From the NCBI GenBank assembly GCA_905178155.1, contig CAJINV010000001.1, positions 9,135,865-9,199,864 of the forward strand: DNA of 64,000 nt, in the 5' to 3' direction. The notes under the pieces are model-generated. The model was not told where the DNA came from and made no database searches. It worked only from the letters and a program-made list of their open reading frames with translations. The position numbers and the translations under genes were made by a program. The DNA comes from Amoebophrya sp. A120. Lineage: Eukaryota; Protista; Dinoflagellata. Shown here piece after piece: positions 11,000 through 23,085 of this stretch (its first letter is position 1; the number at the start of each line of letters is the position of its first letter).

Positions 11000-13711
11000 T
11001 CAAAATCGAAACCATCTGGTAGTACCAGCTCCAAAATTGAACCTACTAGCTCGCAAACGATCGAAAATCCGACAACGCCCAATCACCCCATGGAAGCTAT
11101 TGCACAGATCGATCGCAGTTGGCGCTGGAGTACAAGTTGTCAGAACATCAAAACCGACAATTTGCTTTGACTTCTGCGACAAGAAGTGTCGTCGGTCTTC
11201 AGTGCTGACCCTCCAGCGGCCCGACCGATCCCCGCGACTAATCGTCACGCACTGCTTGTTGACATCCGAGTAGAACTTCGCGCCCGGCATCCCGTTCACC
11301 TGACTCATCCGTTTGTGCTGCACGATGCTTCCATGCGGCACAGTTTCCGCTCGCAAATGGTCGAGATTTCGCTGCACATTCACCACGTGCCCCGGAACGA
11401 TGCCACGCCAGACCCCCTGCTGGCCGCTCAGACTCTGCCATCGCGTACCGCTGCTCTCATCTGGTCCGGGCATGGCGACAACATGCAGGCATCTTTCGCT
11501 CTTCTCGCTTGGGACCAAAGCCACTGGTGCCAGAGCCTCAAACTTTTTGACTCTGCTCGTGACTCGGGCCCAATCATTCGCAGAACCCGGGACAGTGACC
11601 ATCACACGATTTCCGTCGGCGGACACGCACTCGAACTTCCGAGAAAACTGGACTCTCCCGAGAAGATGTAGATCCTCAATCTGGATTTTTTTTCGAAGCC
11701 GAGACGTGCAGAACAGAAGAGCTTCGTTGGCATTAGCACAGAAGCAAAACACAACCCTGTACAAGATTTCAATCGAATGTGAAGAAAGTACCTTGCTCAA
11801 ATCGTGGCTGATCAGCTTCTCGCATTCCCCCTCGTATCCCTTGGTGTCGATGTGCAGAGCCCCGCGGCCCGGGAACAAGTCTTGGAGCACGCGCGACTCG
11901 GCGAGAGCGGGAATCACCTTCGAAAGTTTCCGGCGAACGTAGAAGCCATATTCTTTGACGCGCGAGAGTGCATAGCCGCATTTGGCGCATTTGCAGCCAC
12001 TCTTATGGAGCGGCACGAGTCCCGTCGCCGTACACACTGCTTGCTGCCCGTTCTGATCTGTTCGTCCGTCGGTTGGCCCCAAAGTCGCGGGAAACTGCAA
12101 AACAAGTTTCTTCCTTCCCTGGCTCGATGGGACAGTCCCGGAAGGAAAAAGGCCTAGAGTTTCATCTGGTCTCAGCTCCGTCACCTCTCCTGCATCTTCA
12201 GTCGGAGTAGACGTGGCGGTCGTGTGCGACTCGATCTTTGTTTTTGCGGCGACCGTATCAGTAGTAACTCTTTTCGCGGTCAAGCTCGCCACTACTTCGG
12301 TCAAACACGCACACTCTGCCTCAGAGGACTCGTGCAAAAAATTGCGAAACCATGTTGAAGAACTGCCAAGGTACTCACCGGATGTAATGACGCCGCTCTC
12401 CGTCCGATAGAGTTTCGCAAACGACAAAAAATTACGCGGAAAGCGGTCGGCGAGAAGATGCAGCACTTCCTTTTGCTGGTATCGTAGTGCTGCCTTGAAA
12501 AGACAAACCAGGACGGGTGTTCTTTCTTCGGTATGATCAAGCATGGAAATCGGCCCCTCGTTTTTTGCTTCGCGCTGAACAGAAAGAATGTCAAGCTTCC
12601 ACTCCAGTAGGTCGACCCATCCGCGAGCGCAGTAAGTTACTTCGTGGGGGAGTTCCAGCCAGGGCTCCACCTCGGGTGTGCCAATGAAGCCACCATACTG
12701 GCAATGTTGATCTTGCTGCAGATCACGAGCGCGTTCGACCAGTTCTATCCCTTTGGAAGTTCCATATACGTCCTCGAGAAAGTTGATCACAGCGAAATAT
12801 CCGGCTTTCTTATTGAACTTCAGCAGGAAAGTCCACAGATCCAGACCCAAGAAACGATCGCGGTAGTGGAAAAGACCGAGCCCGTCAACGTGCAGCTTGC
12901 AGCCCTGCTCCGTTGCAAGCTCGAACAGGAAACGGCCACGACAATTCGCGACGGCTTTCCAAAACTTGACCCCGTCAAGCATGAGCTTCTGTGACTCTTC
13001 GAGTCCACCTACGGCATCTGCAACTTGTCGAAGCACCCAATCCATAGCCCTGCTGTCGTTGATGACATCAGGGCGCAAAATCAGCTGTGGAAACCAGATG
13101 GCAGAAGTATCAGCCCGGGTACGGTCCTCCAAGTACAGCCTGGGATACGTGCGACCCGGACTCGGTAACGGAGAAGGCACTTCCACTGGCAAGACCAGCA
13201 GCAAAAACTCGCCGGAATGCTCCGCTACCAGCATTTTCTCCGCAACGGGACAGAACAGCCCGAGCACCGGTTCCTGCTCTTCGTGACCAAGGTTATTTTC
13301 GTCATACTGCAACTCCACCTTGGCGTCGAACTGCGTAGCAAAATTTACCGAATCTTGATCGTTGTCCACCAAAGCAAGAAAACTCCGCGGCACCGGTGTC
13401 GTGTGGCTGAAGCGCACCTTCACGAGATCCAACAGTGCCTCGACCGTGAGACCAGATTCCGGCAGCGGGAAGTCAATCGCATCCCCGTTCGCAACGGCAA
13501 TCGAAAGTACAATGGAGGGCGTGGCTACTGCGGTACCAGCCTCGGAGGCGGTAGGTTCCGGCGAGGCGGACATGGATGTTGTTGCCTCTGTGGAACTAGT
13601 GATGGAACAAAGTCTGCAGCTGGAGTGATGAAAATGGCTTCTGGTGCGATCATGCTGGTCCCTCATATACATTATCACGCTCGAGTCGTCACGACACTGC
13701 ACCACGGACAC
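11000..13711 (-). CDS. Uncharacterised protein, tandem paralog 1 (probable start ~13573; probable in-frame GT-AG intron 11791-11681)
   Basis: 903-aa ORF with collinear similarity to the 14271-17671 gene (NGD..LPE.G.T…FL.LVDND.DS; CARGW; LF.AALR.QQKEV; EY.FYVRR.L; WRGI.PG.V). Confidence 0.75.
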   Translation of the reverse strand: MSVVQCRDDSSVIMYMRDQHDRTRSHFHHSSCRLCSITSSTEATTSMSASPEPTASEAGTAVATPSIVLSIAVANGDAIDFPLPESGLTVEALLDLVKVRFSHTTPVPRSFLALVDNDQDSVNFATQFDAKVELQYDENNLGHEEQEPVLGLFCPVAEKMLVAEHSGEFLLLVLPVEVPSPLPSPGRTYPRLYLEDRTRADTSAIWFPQLILRPDVINDSRAMDWVLRQVADAVGGLEESQKLMLDGVKFWKAVANCRGRFLFELATEQGCKLHVDGLGLFHYRDRFLGLDLWTFLLKFNKKAGYFAVINFLEDVYGTSKGIELVERARDLQQDQHCQYGGFIGTPEVEPWLELPHEVTYCARGWVDLLEWKLDILSVQREAKNEGPISMLDHTEERTPVLVCLFKAALRYQQKEVLHLLADRFPRNFLSFAKLYRTESGVITSGEYLGSSSTWFRNFLHESSEAECACLTEVVASLTAKRVTTDTVAAKTKIESHTTATSTPTEDAGEVTELRPDETLGLFPSGTVPSSQGRKKLVLQFPATLGPTDGRTDQNGQQAVCTATGLVPLHKSGCKCAKCGYALSRVKEYGFYVRRKLSKVIPALAESRVLQDLFPGRGALHIDTKGYEGECEKLISHDLSKVLSSHSIEILYRVVFCFCANANEALLFCTSRLRKKIQIEDLHLLGRVQFSRKFECVSADGNRVMVTVPGSANDWARVTSRVKKFEALAPVALVPSEKSERCLHVVAMPGPDESSGTRWQSLSGQQGVWRGIVPGHVVNVQRNLDHLRAETVPHGSIVQHKRMSQVNGMPGAKFYSDVNKQCVTISRGDRSGRWRVSTEDRRHFLSQKSKQIVGFDVLTTCTPAPTAIDLCNSFHGVIGRCRIFDRLRASRFNFGAGTTRWFRF

Positions 13712-13935
13712 GGATGGAACGAAAGGTCTCCCCCTCTTGCGACGATCATTTGCAGCTTGCGATGTCTGTCACTGTCTCCCTCCGCTCCGATTCAATATTG
13801 CCGAAGCAAAAAAAACGACACAAACAAATGAACTCCGTATCTCAGCGCCTCCGCCTACTGACATTGTGCATTCATATTGGCCACACCTAGCTTGATTCTT
13901 TTTTCGTACTCTTCTTGCAAAACGAAGCTCTTACA

Positions 13936-13992
13936 TTGAGTCTGATGGAGTTCTCGAAAAGTCGTTGAGTCTAATGGAGTTCTAGAAAAGTC
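13936..13992. repeat. 29-bp tandem duplication (2 copies, 2 mismatches)
   Basis: TTGAGTCTGATGGAGTTCTCGAAAAGTCG / TTGAGTCTAATGGAGTTCTAGAAAAGTC. Confidence 0.85.
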
Positions 13993-14270
13993 AGCGCATT
14001 TTGTCTCGAAACAAGACAAGCAAAATTAGTGGCATCTGAGCAAAGTTCATTTGAAAAATCAATATTGCAAGAATAGATTGATTCAGAAACCAAAAAGGAA
14101 AGCTAAACACTTCAAGAAAAGTTCGAGATCAGCGACTGTTCGTTTCAAAGTTCTCTAGAGTTCCGGTCTGACTGGAAACACAAACGCATCTAGTATCATC
14201 AACCTGCGAAAATTAAAGTCACTAAACCAAAATCATAATCAGGAAAATAGCACCTGTTCCTGTTCTCTTT

Positions 14271-17200
14271 TTACTCCGGTGCGAACAAAACCATCGCCCG
14301 CGGGTTCCTCGCAAAACCGCCTTTCTTCCCGGTGATCCGCGCCGCGGTTTCCTGAAAGCGCCGGACGCCGGACTGACCGCGCTGCGCCCAGTTGGACACC
14401 TGCAGGTAATTTCCGTACGAGGAGCCGATCCGCAATTTTCTCGAATCCGCAAGTCGGGTTTGGCACAACAGCGAGTTTTTGGACATGGGCACACTCCGGA
14501 CAACTTTTTTCACCGTCTCTCCTGTTGTACTACTTCCGTCATCGGCACTTGTTCCGGACACGACTTGTGTCACCCTCCCCGGGATGATACCGCGCCACGT
14601 CGGCAAACTGATGGTGGGGAGAATTCCGATTTTCAGCTGCTCCTTGAACGACGAGGGTCTCGATGCGAGCGCGGATAAGCGGGCTCGTACAAGCTTCGGA
14701 ATCACCGAAACAATTTCCGTGGCAGAATTGTCACGAACCGGGGCGATGATGATGCGCCGTGCGGTCGGCCCAGTGTAGACGAACTTTACGGTGACCCGGT
14801 GCGAATGCGGATGGACACGACAGCAAACTTCGTCGGGATTCTGCAAAGTCTCGCGGTTTGGGGCCCCAATCTGCGAATATATTTTTGATATTCGTTATCA
14901 GTCGACCCATAACAATGGAAGTACTTATGTTGTTCACTGTGGTACCTAATACGCATTTTATCCAGCTGTTTGTTTCCGAAAAATTCACGCGAGCCTTCAC
15001 CCTGTCCGGATCTGAGTCCGGAATACACGAAAATGCAAGTGAAAGAATAACGCGCTTACCCAGGTGGGGTTGTCCGCGTTACAGTACATCCGGCAGACAC
15101 GTTCCTGTTCTCCTAAATCCACTTTCAGCACAGTGAGATCAGGAAACAAGTCCCGCACCATCACCGATTTTCGCACGAACTCGGAGAAGTACATTAGTCG
15201 CCTCCGGACGTAAAACACGTATTCCTGGCCCAAGGAAAGTTTGCGCGTGCAGGACGTGCAGTCACAGGTTTCCAGATGGACGAAGCGCGGAGCCGCGGTG
15301 CAGGATTTCCCGTCCGAAGATTTCTTGTCGAGCACTTCTAGTACGCCTTCCGGCAGCACGCGCACACTTTGACTCGCACTGAACAAATTCTGACTGCGAT
15401 TCGCCTCATTGTCCGGTTTGGCGACAGACGGTCTCTCGTCGCCCTTTTCTCCAGCGGTTGTAGACGCTGAAATATCGGTTATGGTGTGAATCACCTCCCC
15501 ACGCATCACCTCCCCACCTCCCTACCTCCCCACCCTGGGGAGGTGCCTCCCCACGTGTGGGGAGGTACCTCCCCAGTAGTGGGGAGGTGGGGAGGTACTT
15601 CCCCACCTCCCCACCTCCCTGCCGTCCAACACTTCCCCACCACGTTGCACTTCCCCGTGGTGGTCGGCCAGAACGTGACTACGTCTGGATGCTTGTTGCT
15701 TGGCTTCGTTCTGTGCCATCGATCTACCTCGCGGCCATGAAGCCAGCAGGTATCTGCCACAACGCACATGAGCCCTCATCCTGCGTGACAGATGCGCCTA
15801 TGTACGCGGCCACCCACCAGATGTCGGCCGGCGGCCCTAAGGTGGCGAGCAGGGAACGACCCACGGGGCACGCAAAGCAATGCCGCAAGGAGTCAAGGCA
15901 CGGAGGCACGCCGGGGGCAAAGGGTGCACAACATTCAGAAGGGCGAAGGAGAAGGGGAAGCCAAAAGAGTAACGCGCAAGGGCGGAGCAGGGACAGAGCA
16001 CACGAGGAGGAGAGAATCGTCGAGGCCAGCCGGCGCGACGGCGCCGTCGCGCCGGCTGGCCTCGACGACCCTAATCCCCGAGCCCTAAACCCTAGACCCT
16101 AAACAACCAAGGCCGCAGCCGGCTCTGCTTCTGCATCACCTCCGGCCGTTGCGGTGGTGATGCGGCCGCGTCACGAGGTGATGCGGGGGAGGTGGGTAGG
16201 TGATCCGGGTGGGGGGGTGATGCGTGGGGAGGTGATTCAAAGAGGTGGGGAGGTGATTCACACTCCTACCTGAAATATCTGTTTCACTCTCGCCAGTCGC
16301 AATTACATCGTTTCTGCCATTCGTTTGCAGTTTACCATTGGTGGACGGGGATTCACTGCACGGATACACATCCACAGCACTTGCTACGGAGTCGACGCTC
16401 GCAGAGCTCCCATCCTGCGGCTTCTGCTTGTCCTCGCCCATTGCGAGGCCGCAGTCCAAATTGCCAATCTGGTACTGCTCCAGACCCGCGGCCTCTCCCT
16501 GAACAGCACACAGGACGTCCAGAAAGATGTCCCGGTCCTTTTTCGCGGAGTCAAAGACCATCTGTTTGAACCAGGCCGAACATTCTTCTTCGTCAATGAG
16601 CCCTCGGCTCGCCGCGGCGGATTCTTCCCGGGACGGGTACCGCGCTGCGTACTCCGAAAACAACTGCGGGTACGAAGAACCAAGAAAGTGCGCGACCTCC
16701 TTCTGCTGGTGCCGCAGCGCCGCCTCAAACAGCAGCGAAAACGAAGTAGCGTCGTAGCTCGTGTACGTTGGACAAGAGGCGGAATCGTGATCGACATTCA
16801 TCAAATCGCGCTTGAACTGCAGCACCCGCATCCACCCGCGAGCGCACCACGTTTCGTCGACCGCGCGATTGTTCATCATGGGAGACAGGAACGCTGGAAA
16901 TTTCTCCAATGCCGTAGCAAGCAGGGCCTCGAAGGCCGCTTCTTCCCCGTGGAAGAGCAGAAATACCCACAGCTGGTATCTGGGGTGTAACACGATTCCG
17001 GCGCCCCGCGGCCTGCCGCCCATCATCTCCTGTTGGAGAAATGTGGTACCGTAAAGGTTTAAGGCGCAGTCGTGATCCTTGACGATTCCTTTCAGCTCCT
17101 CCACCTCGTAGAGCTTCGTAAACATCCAGAACAGGGGATTGCTCGGGTCGCTGCACAAATCGCCTTCGAACCTCGGACACTCCGCAAGAATTTCGTTCAA

Positions 17201-17671
17201 AAGCCACTTCGACGCGGCCATGTCCGTCCAGATTTCCGGGCGGAACAGCAGCTTCGGCAACCAAAACGCGTCCAAATCCGAATAGTCGACCGGCGGTTCT
17301 CCGGCGAGTTTGGAAAAGTCGGGCACGAGCACCGGCGCAACAAGCAGCAAAAACTCCCCCGAGTGCGCGCTGGAGTCGATTTTCCCCGTCGACGGATGGT
17401 ACAGATGCAAGACCGGCTCTTCCTCCTCCGGGTCGTAGCAGAACCGGGTTTTCGCGTCCAGAGGGGAAGCAAAACTCGCACTGTCACTGTCGTTGTCAAC
17501 CAGAGTGAGAAAAGTGTTTGGCACTTTCGCAGTGTGCGGGAAAAGAGTTCGCAGTGTGTCCAGCAGCGTCTTTCCCGTACAGCCGGGTTCTGGAAGTGTG
17601 TACTCCTTCCCATCGCCGTTTGGCACGGTGACCTGCAACCGCGGCGGGTCGCTTGGGGTGGAGGTCGACAT
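14271..17671 (-). CDS. Uncharacterised protein, tandem paralog 2; exons 17671-16270, 15466-~15060, then unresolved junctions to 14271
   Basis: ORFs 16136-17671, 14997-15509 and 14271-14846 match consecutive parts of paralog 1. An 803-nt TE-derived GT-AG intron joins ETDIS|ASTTAG in frame. Confidence 0.7.
15477..16270 (-). mobile_element. 794-bp non-autonomous DNA transposon (MULE-like 9-bp TSD) forming canonical intron 16269-15467
   Basis: TSD TGAAATATC at 15468-15476 and 16271-16279. Termini GGT…ACC. Perfect inverted repeat GTGTGAATCACCTCCCCAC at 15484-15502 / 16245-16263. Subterminal arrays of CCTCCCCAC/GTGGGGAGG. Confidence 0.9.
16017..16103. repeat. Perfect 52-bp palindrome followed by telomere-like CCCTAAA repeats
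   Basis: TCGTCGAGGCCAGCCGGCGCGACGGC|GCCGTCGCGCCGGCTGGCCTCGACGA (16017-16068), then CCCTAAT-CCCCGAG-CCCTAAA-CCCTAGA-CCCTAAA (16069-16103). Confidence 0.9.
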
Positions 17672-18035
17672 GTTTTGTTTGTGTGTCCTTGGCGTGTTTA
17701 CGATGACGACTTAGCACAAGAAACAGAACTACATCTATTTCAAATCTAACCACGAACTTCTTACTTTAACAAAAACCACGACGCGCAGTGTACGACCAGG
17801 CGGGCAATTTGCGAAAGTAGCGAAAACTTTGTACTTACGAAACTCTCAACGAAAACTTTTTTCATCAGTTTCACTCGCCAAGTTTGCTCTCGTTTGGGAA
17901 ACGATGACTTGCGAACAGGACTAAGATCTGAATAGATAATTCTGTCGCGACGACGGGCAAAGAGTGCTATCATCTTGAAAAAATTGTCGCCATGTTTACA
18001 TGTATGCTGTTTCAGAAAAAAAAACTCCAAATAAC

Positions 18036-19453
18036 TCAGTCCACGTCCCAGCGGAACGGAGGACTTTGCGGGGTCCTGGCGGTCAACACTTCCACTCCCG
18101 TTTCGGTTACGATCATGGTGTGTTCAAACTGCGCGCTTCGCTTGCCGTCGGCGGTTACACTTGTCCACCCGTCCGGCCAGGTGACGTCATGGTGGCTACC
18201 GAGGTTGATCATTGGCTCGATGGTGAAGACCTGTCGTTTTTTCATTTGTGTTGCCAAATGAAAACGCTGAGTTTTTCCATTTCCCCGCATGATAAATTTG
18301 TGAAAAAACTTCTTCAAAATATCAACCCAAAACAAGTAAAAATCCAATACATGTCCAACGCGCATGGTTCCGACCGCTTTGTTCCGCTCGTAGTGCGGAA
18401 TGTTCGGCGCGCAGTGGAACAATTTCCCCACCCCATGGCCGCAGTAGCTTCGGACCACAGACAGATTGTGTTTTTTCGCGACCGCGGATATCACCCCGCC
18501 GATCTCGCGGTACATCACGCCGGGACGGCAGAACGCGATTGCCGCTTGCAAAGACTCGTAGCAGCCCCGAACCAATCGCTTCGTGTCTTCGTCGCACGTG
18601 TCTCCGACGAGGAACGTCTCATTCAAATCGGCGTGATAGCCGCCAATGTAGCACGTGACGTCGACGTTGACAATATCTCCGTTTTCCAGCGGCCGCGAGT
18701 CTGGGATGCCGTGGCACACCACCTCGTTGACGCTGATGCAAACCGATCGGGGAAAGTTTCGGTAGTTCAGGGGACTGGGGTAGGCGTTGTTGCCGACAAT
18801 AAAGTCGTGCACGGCCGTGTCGATCTCTTCCGGTGTGACGCCGGGTTTCACCATCGATCCGGCCAGGTCGAGCGTCGCGCGGCCGAGCCGGCAGCTCGTG
18901 CGCAGCTTCTCCAACTCGGCAGGATCACTTACGACGGGTATGGCTGTTTTTGGTGTTCAAAGTTCTTGCGAATTACTTACACAAGTCGGAAAAGGCAAAA
19001 CATGCTTTCTTGAAAATCATGATTTTTTTCACACGTCGGTGAAATCAGTATCATGTAAAAAATCTTTGGTAATCACATACCTCCGCTCCTGTTTGCTTTA
19101 GCCTCAATCTCCGGTATTCCCGTCACCGCCCAATCCGGCAAGTCAATCTTTCCACTCAATGGTACCGGTCGCATGTCCATTGTCGCAGGAAAAGGGCGGA
19201 GAGGGCCCGTGAACTTGTACCCCGCAAACACGGAGCGATCCAAGTGCTTACTTGTTCTCCACTTCTGAACCTGCTTGTGCTTCTTCTTGTGCTGCGACCA
19301 GTTTGCTTTGAAGCAGTCCTGGGAGCAGAAGTAAGCCGGAGGCAGGTCAAGCTTCGCGCATTGCGGGCACCCGAGCGTGTCGGGGAGGTCGGGTTTCCCG
19401 CACCCCTCGCACGATATGGCAACGCAAATGCTAGTACTGGAGCTCGAAGTCAT
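18036..19453 (-). CDS. METAP1: Methionine aminopeptidase 1 (type 1b, N-terminal zf-C6H2); exons 19453-19081, 18943-18351, 18230-18036
   Basis: CEGC…CPQCAKL…[18 protein letters not shown] zinc finger; motifs [15 protein letters not shown]…[29 protein letters not shown] introns 19080-18944 and 18350-18231 (the second is in frame and stop-free). Confidence 0.97.
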
Positions 19454-20443
19454 GATGTGTAGTTGTCTGCTGTTGTGGGTCTATCGAACATAAGGCAAAT
19501 GGCGAAGGACACGATAAAAGAGGATTCAAATTTCTGACGTAAAAATGTTACTCTGACAAGCTGCGCATGCCGCAAAATGAAACTTTTCTTACAACAGCTG
19601 CTGTGCAATGTGTCATCCCCACTGCCAACACCAACCTGTTGCAAAATTCATTGCTCGCGAAAGGCCCATGAAAACGAAAAAACGACTTCGTACGATCGTT
19701 GGAAATATTAAATCATCCTGCGACTTCCAGGCACCATCCTGCGATTTCTGACGATGATCAGGCTTGCGATTTCCGGGCGCCACGATCCGTTTTCGAGTCA
19801 GCTGATCATTTCATTGTGATCTTCTCAGCACTTCTGCCTAGCGCGGCGCAGTAACAGTCACAGTCAAGCATTTCTTTGATGATCGTGTATCCTGGTCATA
19901 GTCCATTCCCTGCATTTCCCAAAAATTATCATCACTCCAGCCACACGAAGCCGCGCATCCTTGTCGTGCAGCGGTGATGAGAGCGTAACTGCGTGCGTCG
20001 ATTCTGCAAACCTAGTTGCGTCGTCCAGAAGTAGACGAGCACAGACAATGCAATTTTCTGTCCGTATTTCTACTGTACTCTTTTGTTTACAGTTTCGAGT
20101 TCATTTGTGAGTGCGAAAATGGTGGTCCTGTTTCAAATAAACCGGCGTTGACACGTTATTTTATGCAACGAGCAGCGGACAAACCTCCACTATTCAGTCG
20201 TTCCATTTTATCTTTAGTTTTTCTTTTCCCTTTCGTTGACATCCCATAAAATTTGCGTGCTCTTTTTTGTGGAAGCGTTTAAGTTTCCACAGGATTAAAT
20301 TCTTGTGATAGTAACTTCGAAATGGTAAAATCAATTCAGCATATCTAGTTCTTCTTTGTACAACCTTTAGATGAAGCTTATACCTAGGTAGGAATATCAA
20401 ATTTGCAATCCGGTAGAAGAAGTTCCGCGGTGAACAAAACGCG

Positions 20444-23085
20444 TCAACACACCTCTACTTCCGCGACGTCGTCTTTGCCCAGGCTCTCCTTGACATTGAG
20501 CTCGTTCAGATCATTCTGCAAGTCATCGGGCAGGTCGGTCTGCGCAGAAGTTTCGAAAAAGTGCACGTACCGCAACCGGGCCCGCCGCCACCCTTCCATG
20601 ATGTACTTCCACTTGCGTTTGCTGTGCTGCATGTCGTCGTGCCGTGGGGTTACCGGAATGGGTGGTGCGTCGTCCGGCACTGTTGAAGTGTTTTTAGATC
20701 TTATGTCTGGATTCACAGAGGAAAAACGCAAAAAAAAGCAGCAGCATCTTCCTCTTCGCAAAAACACAGTTAATACAAAAAATCCTACCAACGCCCGCTG
20801 CTGAGTCTTGGTAGTGCTTCTGGATGCGCAAGAAGCAGCTGTAACTGGGCTTTTCCTTCCACTTTTGTACTTCCTGCCATCGCTTGGACACCACTGACTC
20901 GGGGTTGACGACGCGCGGATTTGTTGGACTGAGTCCGTGATCAAATTCTTCAGGATCATGCGATCCCGCAGCTCCATCGCCTGCTTCACTCGGTGTGGTG
21001 TCATCCTGTTAAAAATTATCAAAAGATAACAAGAAGTGGACCAAGTTCATCAAAACAACTACGAAATTACGGCCGAAGTTGCCTACTTATTTCCTCACCA
21101 GCAGTTCTAAAAATCCTCCGCCGCACCGTACCTCGTGATCGTCACTTTCCGAGTCCTCGTCCCCCAGCGGCGGTGCGACGATGCTTTTCCTGATGTTTTT
21201 CGCCTTCACCTTATGTGACCTGTCTTTCTTGCTCCATCCCCACTGCCCTTTGCCTCTACCGCCACCTTTGCCATAGGCAAACCGATTCATCATTTTCCCT
21301 TTGCCTTTTGGTATAGTCCCTTTGTTCATCATCATCCCTTTGTATGCGATCGGACCTCCCATGTAGTTGACGCCCTGCGCATTGTACGCCATTGGTATCA
21401 TCGAAACAACGCCGGGATGCATCATCGCGGGTTGGTGCATCTGCGGCATGGGCTGTCCACCAATGGCGGTAGGCATGACGACTGTTGAGGTTTTTATGTT
21501 TGGAGAGAAGTCGAGAGGAAAGATTGGAAATAGGAAACGGCCATGATATGCAGATTTCAAGCAAAGTGCGCTTCATGTTTCAAGCTCGCCTGTAGTACAT
21601 CAAAGTGAAATAAACGATCCACCCTGTTCGATACCCGCACGAAAAGGCCCGGTCGGTCCGCCCCCGGGCGCCGGGGCCCGGTTTTGCACGACCGGCAAGG
21701 GGATCCAGGCGCTGGTATCAACCATGTAGTAGCACGTGCCGGTTGAGGGGTCGAATATTGGCACGCCTTCCGCAAACCCGCCCGGCGCGCCCTCCTCCTC
21801 CTCCGGTGGGGGCGGGTCCTGCAGGGGCGGGGGCGGCGGGACTTCCTGGTCTTGTGCCGGATCGCTAGAATTATTTCCTGCGCCGCCGCTCTCGTCGGCC
21901 GTGGAATTCGCGTTTGTGGCGGACCCGTCGTCTACCTCGCTGCTTTTGTTGCCGGCCTTCGCAGGCGAAGGCACATTTCGCGTCGGGGGACAATATTTGG
22001 ACGAACTCTTCTCCTCTGCTAGTGGTTCTGAGTCGTCTTCTACTTCTTGTTCATCTGGTGCGTTTCTTGTTTCTTCATGTTGCTCTCCATCGTCTGCTTC
22101 CGTCGCACTGCTATTTTTCCTTGGCTTCTTCTTGACCTGGATGAAATCGCCAAGTGTAAGCTCGGAATATCCAGGACCGCCGCGCCGCGCGGGAGATTGG
22201 CCGGACTTGCTGCCCTTATTCTTACCTCCTCCTTTTCCACTAAACCCGCCAGCTGCACCGTAGTTATTCTTATTCCTCCCACCAGTACTACTACTCCCGC
22301 CCGGTGGCTGCGCTATCATCGACGGTTTGCTCCCTTTCCCTTTGTTCATCTTGTTGCCGCCCGGTTTGTAGTGCTGCGGGGTTCGTGGGGTCCACAGCAT
22401 GGGCACCATGGTGGGCATGTAGACGCACTTGAACTTGCCGTGCGGGTCCGGCGTTGTGCTCTCCGCCTGCAGCGCCTGTTGCAACGGAATGGGCTGCAGG
22501 TTGGGGGCGGGCTGGGCCAACTGCGGTGCGGTTTTAAAATTTCTTGAACTATCGTGCCAGAAGTTCCTCAATTACTGGCATGTACGTGCTTTGTGCCCAG
22601 CGAACTATGTACTTACGTATCCTTCATTCCGTTCCGCTGAACGAGTGCCAGCACGTCCTCTGAGTAGGAGGCTAGCTGCCACTCGCTCCGAAAAAAATTG
22701 TCTCCGATCACTATAAAAGAAGAGGAAAAAAAACACGACTCACATTTGGTATTGATTTACCACGTGGCTCCCATCCGGTAGAATCTGAATCAACTGGCTC
22801 ACCGGTATGTTGGATACCCGTTGCGCGCTCCATGACTCACTGGTCGCACCAGCGGATGGATCCTGTGCAGTTCCCGCGGGAGGCGCAGGTGCCTGAGGTA
22901 TGCGTTTTTGTGATTATTTGGGGTTGCGATCGGCCGGCGTAGATTGTTATTCAAAAGGAATTATCGTGCGGGCGCGCAGAGGTGCAAATAAAAGCACGCG
23001 TCGATGGCATTGTTTCACTAAATCACTATACCGCTTGCAGGGCCGAGCCCGTGCTTGCAGCACCTTCCTCCGCGGTCTGCGTCAT
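20444..23085 (-). CDS. Uncharacterised low-complexity (Pro/Gly/Lys/Met-rich) multi-exon protein
   Basis: ORF pieces 21600-22571, 21087-21560 and 20444-21022, plus upstream exons starting MTQTAEEG at 23085 with GT-AG boundaries. Exact junctions are uncertain. Confidence 0.55.

Noticed and set aside
15406-16102. Several ORFs within the 794-bp element as a possible transposase
   Set aside because: Translations of G/C-rich repeats; no DDE or zinc-finger motif; too short.
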